From positions 11,780,001 to 11,844,000 of the forward strand of contig NC_087436.1 of the NCBI RefSeq assembly GCF_036321535.1: a DNA stretch of 64,000 bases. Direction: 5' to 3'. The notes under the pieces were generated by a model. The model was not told where the DNA came from, did no database searches, and worked only from the letters and a program-made list of their open reading frames with translations. Position numbers and translations under genes: made by a program. Numbering within the stretch: position 1 is the first letter of the stretch; every line of letters starts with the position of its first letter. The DNA is from Camelus dromedarius (taxonomy: Eukaryota). Positions 13,252 to 26,721 of the stretch are shown here, piece after piece.

Positions 13252-13803
13252 TGTTAGCCTAAAAGGGGAAAGGAAAAGACCCCAGTTATTGTCTCACCAG
13301 AAAGAGAAGAATTCAGACAGGAGGTAAAGTGTTGTGTAGTGAAACATTTTAAAGGATTTATTAGCAAAGGGAAAGTACCCCTCCAAGAATGGGAGGCGGG
13401 CTGATCCAAGGGCGGGTAGCGATGGTCTTTGCCCTTTCCCCTTACACTCTCGCTTGGAGGTGGTCTCTTGATTGATTGACAGTTCTTGCCCCTGGAGTGC
13501 CCAGTCATGTTTGTCCCCTTTTGTGCATGTCCTTACCCATGATGCACACAGGAAAAATCCATGGGGTGGGGGCCTAAACCACAATGGTAATTATATTACA
13601 ATGAGTACTGGGTCATGTCTGGTTAGGTCCTTGTCGCTACCACACAGTTGCGGCTGTCAGGTTCTAACTGGTTTCTGGCTGGCTCTCATTTAGAGGAAGT
13701 AAAGCCTCTTTATGCTGGAGGTGGGCACACCACCATCTCCTGGACCGTCCTCCCTCGCCTGCACCTGTCTGCCTGGTGCCCCCACTTACCTAACCACCTA
13801 ACA
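13252..13803 (-). mobile_element. ERV1-type solo LTR, family A copy 1
   Basis: tgttag...ctaaca termini; TSD gtat/gtgt; homologous to three other copies in the window. Confidence 0.9.
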
Positions 13804-13805
13804 GT

Positions 13806-14208
13806 GTGATTGTCTGCTCGGGCTGCCATAACAAAATACCACAACAGGCATTTATTTTCTCACGGTTCTGGAAGCTGGAAGTCCAATATCCAGGTGCCAG
13901 CAGCATTGGTTTCTGATGAGGTCCCACTTCCTGGCTTGTAGGCAGCTGCCTGCTCTCTGTGGACTCACATTGCCTTTTCTTCATGCTTGTGGAGAGAGGG
14001 ACAGACAGACAGACAGACAGAGATGGAAGCGGGGGGGATTTTTGGTGTCTATTCCTTTTCTTATAAGGACAACAGACCTTTTGGATTATGACTTCATTTG
14101 ACTTTAATTACCTCCTTAAAGGCCTTATCTCCAAATATAGTCACATTGGAACTTAGAGCTTCAATATATGAATTGGGGGCTGGGAAGGGCACAATTCAGG
14201 GCATAACA
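13806..14208. mobile_element. MaLR MLT1-type LTR
   Basis: gggctgccataacaaaatacca...atttattttctcacggttctggaagctggaagtcca...cataaca; other MLT-like remnants at about 32130-32628, 53660-54000, 55005-55270 and 56280-56480. Confidence 0.8.
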
Positions 14209-14421
14209 GGTGGGAAGCTGGGGAGAGAGAATTAGGATCGAAGGGGCATTGGGAGTATTTTATTTTTAAGGTGGATTTCTTAGGCATCAATTCTGGAGGG
14301 CAAAGAAGTTACCAGCTGTGTGTAATAGATTAGTAACTGTATGATACTTTTTGCGCTGTATGCCATTTGCCTTGTGTTTGGTGCTATGGAGTCTGCATGC
14401 TATCTATTTTTGGGGTTTTAG

Positions 14422-14618
14422 GTGAGCCTGAATTTAAATACATCGGCAACATGCATGGCAATGAGGCCGTTGGACGGGAGCTGCTCATTTTCCTGGCGCA
14501 GTACCTGTGCAACGAATACCAGAAGGGGAATGAGACAGTGGTCCAGCTGATCCACAACACGCGGATCCACATCATGCCTTCCCTCAACCCAGACGGCTTT
14601 GAGAAGGCAGCATCCCAG
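14422..14618 (+). CDS. CPE: Carboxypeptidase E coding exon 2 (197 nt)
   Basis: ttttag|GTGAGCCT ... TCCCAG|gtgggt; encodes (G)[21 protein letters not shown]...GFEKAASQ with the M14 zinc-binding HxxE motif (HGNE). Confidence 0.98.
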
Positions 14619-15002
14619 GTGGGTGCGGCCCACAGCAGGGCGCTCGCGTTATTTTACGTCTGTCTCGTCTGTGTGCTCATCTATAAGGAATGTGCGCGCA
14701 CGAAGCTGGCAGGGTGCAGGGGAGGGTGTAAGTGGTGAGGTATTCAATTTGCTGATAAGGAAAAAATTCCGAAGGTAAGGGGTACTGGGTGGGTTTCTTC
14801 AGCAGAGATTGCAAATGAGAAATTTTGTTGTTAAGTCAATATTTAATTAATACTTTATTTTCATTGTTAAGTAAATCACATTTATTCATTCACCTTTGCG
14901 ACTAGATAAATTTCTTTCTAAAAATCTAGAAGTCTGAAAAAATAACCTACAGCCATGTAGTGAAGAGTGAGGCCTTTGTTGACTCTGAATTAGGCGATGT
15001 TA

Positions 15003-15021
15003 TAGCGCCCTCTACTGGAGC
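15003..15021 (-). promoter_or_regulatory. CTCF-like motif
   Basis: Reverse complement gctCCAGTAGAGGGCGCta closely fits the CCASYAGRKGGCRS consensus. Confidence 0.7.
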
Positions 15022-16284
15022 CAAGGAATAAAGATTTTTGGCTACATAACGTTTCACTGTTTAATCCTTGCTTTTATATGATGAATAAAGTAAAAAAAAC
15101 AACAACAAAACCCTCCTATTTCTAAACAAAAACCAATTCGATACATCTTTACTGTTAGAGAAGCTGAAAAGTAATGATGTTTTCAGAGAAGATGTATGAT
15201 ACGTGCTTCCTTCTTTGTTTGGACAGGGGTGGAGGACATTTTATTCCTTGTTACAATTTGAAATAATTTTCTTATGGGAACAAATTAAAGTCTGTATTTA
15301 GTAAGTTAATCTACAGTTAAGAAGTTGATTTGCACTTTAAAAATATAAGATACAGTAACCTGATAGTTTGGCCTTGTAAGAAACCCAGATAGTGAATTTC
15401 TGTAAATACAACATTCATACAATTTCTAAAGTTGTGAGCGACAAATTACAGTAACTTAGAGAATGAAATTATTTACTGTTTTAAGGTGATATTCAGATCT
15501 ATAAGACCGGATGGACACAAAATTATCATTGCTATTTTCTGTCTTACAGGTTTTTATTCTGCACAATTTAAGATTTTATTCTGCACAATCTGAGCTTACA
15601 TGACTTTAGGAATATGGGAATTTATACTATAGATTTAGTATAATTTAATAGCAAAACAAGGAAATCTTCATTATGGAATTTACCTGAATATTGGAAATTT
15701 ATTAAAATTTTCAGATTCTATCATTCGTGAAATGAAGGGTTTAAAATTGAACAGAAATTTTTCAACTTACAAAGTTGAAACAAAAGTTCTAGAGCTCATA
15801 TTTTTTTTCACAGAGACTATGAGAGAGGTATATTATTAATATGTAAATAATTTATGTGAAACTCATTTTAAGCATCTGACCTTTAGTAACTATTCTTTTG
15901 AATATTTAAAAGTAGATTGCTGTGGATTTCAGAGGCAGTGAGTATTTTACTTAAACCAAGTACACAGTGGTGTGCTATGAGACGCACCATCTATTATTAA
16001 CTCATATGGACTGTTTCTGTAGTTTGATGTTAAATATCTTTGAATTATTATAATTATTAATATTTAAAGTATTATTTATTGAAAATGTTATCAAAATATC
16101 CATGACAAATACTTTAAACCTGATACCTTCATGTGTGTATCAGTAAGAAAGTGAAAATGCCATTGTAGGAAGAGATTATTGAAATGAATAATCTTAAGTA
16201 ATTATTATAAAAATCATTAATGAAGACCTTAAATAATGGTAGCAATGATAATAAACTGATGACTTTCCTCTGATATTTTTTTAG

Positions 16285-16452
16285 CCTGGTGAGCTCAAGG
16301 ACTGGTTCGTGGGTCGAAGCAATGCCCAGGGAATAGATCTGAACCGGAACTTTCCTGACCTGGACAGGATAGTTTATGTTAATGAGAAAGAAGGTGGTCC
16401 AAATAATCATCTGCTGAAAAATCTGAAGAAAATTGTGGATCAAAACACAAAG
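16285..16452 (+). CDS. CPE: CPE coding exon 3 (168 nt)
   Basis: tttttag|CCTGGT ... ACAAAG|gtagag; [26 protein letters not shown]...DQNTK with the M14 DLNRNFP motif. Confidence 0.98.
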
Positions 16453-19444
16453 GTAGAGGACATGTATGGTTTTCATGAAATATGTCTGTATCTCTCTCCT
16501 AGTGGAGGACACAGGAGTCCTGTGAAAGCTTGTGGAGGGTTCAGTGGAGCTGTGAAAGCCAAGGCTGGAACCCCTGGGGCCTGGAGGTTAGTCCTGCCCC
16601 TAGGACTAGCCAGGCGTGTAGGGAGGTGGGGGGTAGGGATGGGGACAGGAGGGAGGAAGCCAGTCGTGGGGGGTTTAGAAAGTCTTTCCAGCCTGTTCAG
16701 AGGCCCTTTGTCAGCATATCTGATCAGGTCCGCCAATAGCATTTCACACAGCAGTTTTTCTTCTTTTCCAGAACTTTTTCCTCCTTTGCTTTGCACAACT
16801 CCCCCTACCTCTTATGCTGCCTTTCAAATCACTACTCAGTTTCTTTCCCTGCTTCTTCTGCCTTGGCTTAAACGCTGGCCTTCAGGGCCCCTCTGCTGCC
16901 CCAACTCTCTCCCTTGCTTTCCATCCCCTTGGACCTTCAGTGACATCACTTATACAGAGTCTCCCAGACCTCACCCCCAACTCCCGGTCTCCATGGAGCT
17001 CTGTTTCTCTCTTTTACTTGCTCACCGAACCCCTTTATCTGGTGACACCCAGGGCCTCAAGCTCAACATGATAAGGAACAAGTCTTTCCCTAAGAAAACA
17101 CTGTTCACTCATTTATTCGAACATCAGAGCCTTGATTTTTCCATCTCTGTCACCACTCACTAGCCATGCTTCCAGATCTCAGCGATTTGGCCTTCTGACA
17201 CCCTTCAGTCTTTCCCTCCTCTGCAAACTCAGGCTCTGTCACCTGCTCTGATGAGGTAGGTGGCCCCCATTCTTGGTTTGGGTCCAGCCCCTCCCAACTC
17301 TTCTATCTTCTGAAATTTCTCCAGAGTGATCTTCATACACAAATTATTGCTCTGTGGCTTAAAAAAATCCTAAACTTGCCAGCTCTCCACTGCCCAGAGG
17401 ATAAAGTAGAAACTCAGAATGTCAGAATCGCATGATACCTTAGTGTGAAGACTTTAACCATCTACCTTGGTTAAAAGCCCAGTTCCACTCTTGCTGTGTG
17501 AGTTTTGGAAAGTTGTTTGACCACTCTGTGCTTCTGCTGCTTCACCCGAAATAGGGAGATGACTAACAGTAGTATCCACCTCACAGGTGGTTATGAGGAC
17601 TGAATGCATTAGTTCATGTAAAACGCTTGAGGTTGGGACTTAGAATTGTTATTACCGCGTCAGCATAATTCCTGAGTACTCTGGTAAGTACCACTGAGTG
17701 AGATAGACACACTGACACACCCGCTAAACACTTGGTGCCTTCAAACCAATCCTGTTGAGTACTGTTTTCAGTTCTGTGGAGGCTGGCGAGCCCATCAGGG
17801 CTGAATGGTGGGGACTGCCGGGGGCAGCTCTCAGTGCATCTTGCGTCTTTCCAGGCAATTCTGCTCTGGCTGATCAACTTCTCCTAGGATCTTTCCTAAG
17901 TGAGAATTTGGAAAGAACAGTGTCTCTATTTATTGTAGTTCCAGGGCCATTCAAGTTTCCCGTGGCCCCCGGCAGCCGCCAGCTCACTCACTCCTTAACC
18001 TGGCTTTGATGTTCCATATACTCCGGTCCACACACTCCTTTCTGCTCCCTAAGCGTACCATTTTCTAATACTTTTACGTCTTCGTATGTGCTGCTGTTCC
18101 AGCTGTCTACAGTGCTTTTGCCTCTCCTCCCACGTCACCTCCTCCGTGAAGCCTTCCGCTGCTCTTCCAGATGCATCCTGTGGAGTCTTCCTTTGTGTTC
18201 TTCACATGTACTTCCAGGATAGTGCTTGTAGTTACATAGAGCTTTATATGTGTTATAATCATTTGTTTATACAGCTGTTTTTCTTTTTCAGTCTAGACTT
18301 GAATCCCTCGATTGCAGGAATTACAAATCCTTTTTGAGTCTGACACATAGCAGGCTGACAGCCTGTTACAAATGAGTCCAGTCCAGCCTGGCAAGCAGGT
18401 CACAGTGTCTGAAAGTCCACCTCCTAGTTCCTGACATGCCCTCAGCATGTGGTTGGGACCCTGGGGAGAGGACCCAGGAGAGAGGGAGTCTCAGATCATT
18501 GGCCTAAAGTTCTTAAAATTCTCCTGCCAGTGTTTAGGATTCATTCCAGAAACCTGGGCTGAACCTACAAGCGGGGACTGGTCTGGCAATAGGGCTGCCA
18601 GGGGCTGAGGATTTTGGCAGAACCTGAGAAGTGAATGACTTACACATGCCTGCTTCTGAGTCATAGATTTGCAATTTCGCAGCCCCCAAACCATCTTCCC
18701 TGGGAGAAGGGAGAGCTGGCAGAGCAGAGGGCTGGGGTAACCAGAGGTGAAAGCAGGTCGCCCTGCGTGATAAGCTATGAGGCATAAGACAGAAATGAAG
18801 AACTGTTCTGTTAGCCCAGTGGGGATATACACCCCCAAACTTTCCCCAGTGCTGTCTGTTAAATCTGAGAAACGAGAAAAATAAATCCTATCACCTTATC
18901 ATAGAAGACTCGTGAAATAAACTCATGCTGACAGGATCTTTGATTAGCAGCCTTGGTGCAAATGGCATTATTTTTGGCCAGCACCATCTTCCCCTCCCCC
19001 AGTGGAATCTGTTTGATATTTGCATAATCTTTATATTGGATGTCTCCATACATCTAGTTTAAGGAATACTTTAAAAAAAGATGCCTGTTCATGGTACTTA
19101 AAAATTAGAGCTTTTATTAAAAAAATCTCAATGCCAATGCTTTTTCTGGGTAAAGGTAAAATAAAGGGAAATACATACAAATTAAATTTTAGTCTCTTTT
19201 CTGGAACAGAAACAAGATTTGTTTACGTTATATGAAATCTTCAGTAAACTGCTTGAGTCATGGGTGGGTATTGCCCACATCTGGTCCGTCTCCTTTCCCC
19301 GTCTTTGTCAGTTAGACCGAGACTTTTTGGACCCAGCCTGGTACAAGGTGTATAGTAAGCATTTCATGAGTGTTGTTACACATCCTGCCTTCCTCACTTC
19401 TTCTTAGCCTTATAGAGGTGTGTATGTATGCAGGTATGTATGTA

Positions 19445-19790
19445 TGTATTTATTTTTATTGAGGTATAATTGACATGTAATGCTATTTTAGTTTGAGGTT
19501 CTATATATGTATATATTGTGAATTGATCACCATAAGTCCAATTAATATCCATCACTGCACATAGTTACACATTTTTTTCCCTTGTGGTGAGAGCTTTTAA
19601 GATCTACTCTCTTAGCAACTTTCAAATGTACAATACAGTATTGCTAACTATAGTCTCCATGCTGTACATGACATGCCTAGGACTTATTTATTTTGTAACT
19701 GGAAGTTTGTACCTTTTGATCCCCCTTCACCCCTTTCACCCACCTTCAACCTCCTGCCTCTGGCAGCCACCAATCTATTCTCTGTATCCT
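19445..19790 (-). mobile_element. L1 3'UTR fragment
   Basis: tttttattgaggtataattgaca...gatctactctcttagcaactttcaa...caatacagtattg. Confidence 0.8.
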
Positions 19791-19850
19791 TAGAGTGGTT
19801 TGTAAATTTCTAGGGTTGCAGGAATCAGGGGTTAAAAAAATGCAGATTCC

Positions 19851-20375
19851 TTATTAACAATAGCCAAGATATGGAAGCAACCTAAGTGTCCATCAACAGA
19901 TGAATATAAAGAAGATGTGATATATATACACAATGGAATACTACTCAGCCATAAAAAAGAAATTTTGCCATTTGCAACAACATGGATGGACTTGGAGGGT
20001 ATTATGCCTACCAAAATAAGTCAGACAAGCTAAAAAATAAAACAAACTAGTGAATATAACAAAAAAGAAACAGACTCAGAGATACAGAGAACAAACCAGT
20101 GGTTATCAGTGGGGAGAGAGAAAAGGGGAGGGGTAAGATAGGGGTAAGAGATTAAGAGATACAAATGAATAAAGTGTATATATATATATATATATACCCA
20201 TACACAAATGTACGAATTTACAAACTAAGTAAGTTACAGAGATATATTGTACAGCACAAGGAATCTAACCAATATTTTATAATAACTGTAAATGGAGTAT
20301 AGCGTTTAAAAATTGTGAATCACTACTTTATACACCTGAAACATAATATTTTACATCAACTATACCTCGATAAAA
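19851..20375 (+). mobile_element. 5'-truncated L1 with TSD, inserted in a MER5-like remnant
   Basis: ORF2 end (atagccaagatatggaagcaacctaagtgtcc) plus 3'UTR; TSD aaaaa(at/cc)gcagattcc ending at 19850 and 20389. Confidence 0.88.
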
Positions 20376-21823
20376 AAACCGCAGATTCCCATGAGTGCTG
20401 AATCAGGAAGTTTGGGGGGTGTATGCTATGCGAGTGAATGATGGAAAGGAACCTACATTTTTACCAGCTCCTCTAGACACATTCCTTGCTGTTCTGAACC
20501 TCTCTGAGTACAAGCTCTCTCCTGCTCCCCAGCGTTCCTGCTGAGTCATTTCTCTTGTGCTCAGGAGCTCTTCAGCCTGGTCCCCTCCACTGTTATCTAG
20601 GCTCCGTACATGAGCCTTGGCTCTTGATTGCATGAAAACAGAGTGATTAAAATAAATCAAATAAGTTCTGAATTTATACTTGTCTTTAATGGATAGAGCT
20701 GTGAAGAAAATGGATTAAGTATAGCTTCAATATATTTTAAGAGCCAAAGCCATCTAATTATAGAGTATAACATTTGAGCTATATTTACAGACTTTAAATG
20801 AAAGTTTTAAAGATAGGTCATAATTGACTCTCAGCTCTACTGAGTTCCATGTCAGGAGTGCTCCAGAACCTTTTCTGTGGATTAGTTAAGTACGTGATTA
20901 TAGTACCCAGGAGTTTTCAGCTTTAGTCAGTCTAATAGACTCTATTAATAGTCATAGAGAAACTAAGGTTAATTGATCAAATTGTGGAGTTTGCTTGCTT
21001 GAAGATCTGGTCATGGATATTAGCAATAGTAAATGTGTAAGAGCTAACAGTAGGCTAAACCTAATCGCCACTCTGACTTTGTGTAGTATGTGTCTTTAAA
21101 TCTGTTTAAAAAATAGTTCGTTTAAAAACTTTATTAAAAAATTAATATTTTCATTATAATCAAAAAGATAGAGCAAATATAAATAAGGAGTAAAATGACC
21201 CATTACCCTACATTCTTAAATGACTACCATTCACATTTTGGTATGTATCCTTCAAAATTATTCATTATGCTTGAATCAACATATGCACATATGGAAACTT
21301 GCCATTTTGAACCCTTTCAGGTGAATAATAAATATGAGAGTACAGTCCTTTACAGGATGGCTTTGCCCCCTGGGCTCACACTCAAACCTGCCCTTCGGCC
21401 CAGGGAGTATTTCATTGCTTCCCTGCTCACATCTACCTTATTTTCTCCCCGAGACATTATGAAGTCCCTCTTCCTTCCTGAAGTCCTCGATGATTCTCCA
21501 CACCAGAGACTTCTGTCTCTTCTGAACTCAGTGAAACATTTCTCAGTATCAATCACTGGGTCTGAATAAATAAGGAGAATGGGGCAGATGTACAAGCAAG
21601 AGGGCCGTAAAGAGACTGAGCAGAAAAAGAAAAACTTTGAACAGAATATTATGGAAGAATGTGCTCTAAACCCACATCATATAGTATTGATGCCATTTTT
21701 AATTGATTGAACTTAATAAACCATAAATTCATTGCAAACAAATCATATGCATTATAGATTTTTTTAATTAAATGCCCTATGTTATTTATATTAAGGTTGA
21801 TTTAAACCAGAACTTAAACTGGA

Positions 21824-21963
21824 TTCTTTTTGTTTGTTTTGCTTTGTTTTTTGTGGGGGGAGGTAATTAGGTTTATTTATTTTTAATGGAGTTACTGGGG
21901 GTTGAACCCCAGGACCTCATGCATGCTAAGCATGCACTCTACCACTGATTTATACCCTCCCTC
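21824..21963 (-). mobile_element. tRNA-derived SINE, Vic-1-like (camelid)
   Basis: Same family as 6025-6147; TSD taaactgga at 21815-21823 and 21964-21972. Confidence 0.88.
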
Positions 21964-22019
21964 TAAACTGGAGTTGATTTAAATTAATTTAAACTTTAGA
22001 AACAAATCTAAGTGTGCAT

Positions 22020-23770
22020 AAGAATTTAGTATGTAATAAGGGAGTGTTTCAGATTATTGTAGAGAGAAAAGCTTATTCAATACATGGAATTGAGACAAAT
22101 CCGTCTCACAAATATCAGCATAGATCAAAATAAAATCTAGATGCATTACAACTTAAATAGAAAAATTATGGACCTAGTAAAATTTTTTGGTAAATATATC
22201 GTTTTTCTAGGGGGACAGAGCTTTCTGAATCCCTTATATAGAAAACTGGCACATGGTGGCCGGCCACTTAATACTTACTGAATAAAGATGAAATATAAAG
22301 GGAGAGGAAAAGACCACAAAAAAAGGCCAGTAGATTTGGCAACATAAATATCTTAATGTTTTGCATTTTAATGATTAATATTCTTAAATCTGAAAGGCAA
22401 TAATGAACTTGGAAAATACCTATAGATGTAGTAGATACAGGTTAATATTTTTACTAAATAAACAACTCTTGCAAATTAATAAGGAAATATTTACATTTCA
22501 ATAGAAAAGTCTGTTAAACCATAAATAAATATGTCACCAAGGAGTAAACAGAAATGGTCATTAAGCATATGAAACAACTGATTTAGTTTTATTAGTTAAT
22601 CAGAGAAAGAAAATTTTAAAAATTCTGTTTGTCATGTATCAAAATGACAGACTTAAAAATACAAATCCAATGTTGATCAGAGTGATTAGAAATGATGGGT
22701 CTAAATACACTGTTGCTAGGTATATTGTAGTATCTTACAGGGAGACAGTCCGGAGTACATTTTATAAAATTAAAAAATATGCTTAGTGTTTGGTCAACTC
22801 ATTCCATTTCTAGGGAAATTTCCCTTTAAAAAGTATAGATCTGCACAGAGTAGTTACAAGTGTGTTCGCAGCATTTTTTTCATAGTAAACAAGTCTATAC
22901 CCAGCAATTGGAGATTCTCCGCCCCCTGTTTTATTGAAGTATAATTGACAAATAAAAATCGTATAGATGTGCAGCGTGATGATTTGATATATACACATGC
23001 TGTGAAACGGTCACCATAATCAAGCTAACATGTCCATCACGTCACATTGATACCTTTTTTTTTCTTTAGTGGTGAGAACACTTGTAATCTGTTCTCTTAG
23101 CAAATTTCAAGTACACAATACAGTATTATTAAGTCATCTGGGGATTCATTAGATCCTTAGAACTAATTCGTTCTAAAACTGAAGGTTTATACCCTCTGAC
23201 CAACATCTTCCCATTTCCCCCTCTCTTCCCACCAACTGGAGATTCCTAGTGCTTGCGGAGTGGCTCTCAGCTAGACTGCTCCCAACAGCGTGGCCTCATG
23301 CTGTTCCCTGACTCCTCTGAGTCTCAGTTTACTCATCTCTAAACTGGGGGTATGTGCAGTCCCTATCTCACAGGGTAGATGTGAAAATTCCGTGTGTCAC
23401 CAGAAAGTGTTTAATAATATTAGCTGTTACTTTATTCATGTTTAAGAATGAACATTGAATATTTACCATACATTCAACACCATACATTGAATACTACTCA
23501 GCCATTAAAATAATGATTTAGAAGGATATTCAGTGACATGAAGAAGTGTTATCTGTTGCCAAGCAAAAAAGGTAGTATACAAACTGGTATATAAATGAGC
23601 ACATTTGAAAAATTACGTAAGTGCATTGGAAAAAGACTGAGAAAGATATATATGAAATGTTAGCGAGTGGGTATCTTTACATGGTAAAATTATGCGTAAT
23701 GTTAATTTCCTTTCTTTGTGTTTGTCTCCTCTACATTTTTGACAATGAACATCTTTCATAGTGAGAATAA
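22020..23770. mobile_element. Old L1M fragment (+) interrupted by a younger L1 3' end (-, about 22925-23230) and a MIR
   Basis: Decayed ORF2/3'UTR motifs; inner element flanked by cccagcaattggagatt / cccaccaactgggagatt. Confidence 0.65.
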
Positions 23771-24958
23771 GATAAACCAATCAAACAAATAATAAAGACA
23801 ATGCCGTATTCTAAATTACACTTCTCCACAATTGTGAGTAACCTACGTGAAAAATAGTATGGTTTTGATACATTAAACCTGACATACTGAAAATCACGTG
23901 GAGTTTATAGTTTCACAGACTGGATTTGAATCTTAAGTGTGTGAACTTGTCATTAACTCCCCAACCCTCAGATTCACCCCTGCAAAGTGGGGATGGATAT
24001 CTTTGCCTATCCAGTGAGGATGCTGTGAAGCTCAATAAAATAGTGTATGCAGAAGCTATCCGTATACTGAACAGAGACATGCAGATACAAAGTCTGATTA
24101 TAATCATCAGGCCCCACTGATGCTCTTAGATTTTCTGTCCCAAAGAACAATGTCAATCTCATATCCAGTAAAAGCATTAAAAATAAATAAATGAAAGAAG
24201 TACCTGGGAGTTTGAGAATCTTCTTAGTTGCTATTAAAAACTCATCACATAAAAGTATCAAGCTTTTGGCTCAGGTTAATGCTTTGGTATAAATTTCTTT
24301 CCTCCTTTGTTTTGTTTCCAAGTTACGAGGGGCTATGAATCATTCAAAAGACAGCATGAATTCCTGAAACTTTTGCCTTTGTTTTAAAATTTAAGATGAC
24401 CATCCCAAAGTAAACTGATATTTGACAGTGAAATCTGAAAGAGACCCAATTTAATTTTTTTATAGGAACAATGTTTGAAATAGTTGAAGGGAATTGGAAA
24501 AATAGTAAGCAAAAACTGGAAATAAAATCGACCACATGTTTCTAGAGTTGAACCACCATAAAGAAAGAACCCTCTTCTGTGGTTCAACTATTTTCTTTTC
24601 TCCTTGTTTTATCCTTAGTTATTATTAACAAAGATCAGATGGAAATGTCCCCAAATTTGTAAATGATATGTATGCTAGTTTTCAAGTTACAAAGAAAGAA
24701 AGCTGGCAGCCCATAAAAGTAGAACTTCTAAGGAAATATAAACACTATTGAAATTTTTTTCCTTATAAGTTTGAGAAAGATAGACATGGGGAATACTGCA
24801 CTTTTTTTTTTTTCTTCCTAAGAAAACAGTCACAAAATGCTTGGAATATGACCAGCTTTCAGTTGTTGGTTTTTGTTCTTGTTTTCACCTTTTCTGTGTC
24901 TTTTCTGTGGAGTGATTCCACCAATGATTGCCACATTTATAATCCTTTTAATCTCTAA

Positions 24959-25189
<231 letters not shown>

Positions 25190-26538
25190 TAAGTGATTTT
25201 GCCTGTAGAAATACATCCGCTGAACAGGAACATCCCCTAACTATGCAGTGTGGCATTGGCATATATATCTGGCAGGAAAAGACTGTAACTTTTGAAAAAG
25301 TTTAGTTTGAAGAGAAATGTGATCTTGAAGAATACTTAGGTAAGAAAAAGGGAGAAAACAGAAGTCGTGAACTTGGGTCAATCTTGGTCCCTGGTAAAAT
25401 GGAAAAATAATAGAATTTATATAGGTTTGTGTACAAGATGGCTTAAAAGTGGAGGCAGCCTTTTGGTGCCTGATTGGGGCCCATTTATATCTCCATGTGT
25501 GTCTTACCTGCACTCACACTTTTGCATTTGGAACTTGTTTCTTGGTGGTGTCAGGGAGGGGCAGTGATGCTTGCTTTTCTTTAATTAGGTTCAGTGAAGC
25601 TTCAGGCACGGCAAACTTTAACCAGATAGATATTTTCAGCTTAATTGCTATTGCTTCAGGAAATTTCGTGCTTTGGATCAATTCTCAGGGGCCTTGGAAG
25701 AGTTAGGTCTTTGTAAACACAGGATAATACTTTTTAGGTATTGGAAACTTTGACTTTTGAAGAGTCTTTGGTAAAACGTCCTTAAAGTTTGGAGATTTTG
25801 TGGTTTGTCAATAGCTGGGAAATTTAAAAGACTGGCATATTTTGTAATACAGAATAAGAATACTATATATCAAAATAGATATTATGTATTTCAGTAATGC
25901 ACATGGGAGACTTTAAAAACTCTAAACTCATACTGAGAATCATGTGTAAGAGTGGTTCATAGTGCCTATGAGGTTGGTCCAGGTCTATTAAAAACATTTT
26001 TTTGATAATTTGTAAACCACTGTCCTTTTTTGGGGGGGAGGGTACAGGTACATTTTTAAAATTAAGAGCTAACAATGAAACCCTCCTTACTGCCTTCCCA
26101 GGTCCAGTTTACCATGAGCTTGCCACCTTTTCTTGTGAGGCTTCCCATTTCATAAGTAGAATGTACATTCTACCCAATTTCTACTTTGTGATATTAGGAG
26201 TGGATGTTAAATAACCTAAAACTTAATTGTTGAGTGCTCCTTTTGCATAGTGATGTAGCTAAAAAATACATCAGCAAGAGATAACACTAAATCACTCTTC
26301 AGAAAATATGCAGTGCTCCTTAGTCTGGCTCAATTTCTTTAGCCTTGTGGGTTTATTTTCTTTTTCTTTATTAAAATTTTTTTTATTATAGTTTGACTCT
26401 ACATACACAATATATTGCATATAAATACATATATACTGTATACTGCACTTTTTTTTTTTTTTAAAGTTTACATATATGTACTAAATGTTGTTTCTGAGAA
26501 CAGGTTAGATCTTCAGCTTGTGGGTTTATTATTTCTAG

Positions 26539-26721
26539 GCAGTGCCCATGAGTATAGTTCCTGCCCTGATGACGACATCTTCCAGAGCCTGGCGCGGGCG
26601 TACTCGTCCTTTAACCCCCCGATGTCGGACCCGGACCGGCCCCCGTGTCGCAAGAATGATGACGACAGCAGCTTCGTGGAGGGAACCACCAATGGCGCCG
26701 CGTGGTACAGCGTGCCTGGCG
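26539..26721 (+). CDS. CPE: CPE coding exon 5 (183 nt)
   Basis: ttctag|GCAGTG ... GGCG|gtgaga; [60 protein letters not shown]. Confidence 0.97.

Noticed and set aside
13254..13508. Recurrent small ORFs MT(G/E)HSRGK.CQSIKRPP (also 44432-44653 and 61619-61840)
   Set aside because: Similarity comes from copies of the same non-coding LTR; frames and lengths are not conserved
15551..15590. 16-nt direct duplication ttttattctgcacaat (and a similar one at about 39210-39255)
   Set aside because: Two copies only; ordinary slippage duplications, not an array or CRISPR
16309..17163. 284-aa ORF
   Set aside because: Exon 3 reading through its donor into intron 3; the extension is low-complexity and L2-derived with no recognisable protein
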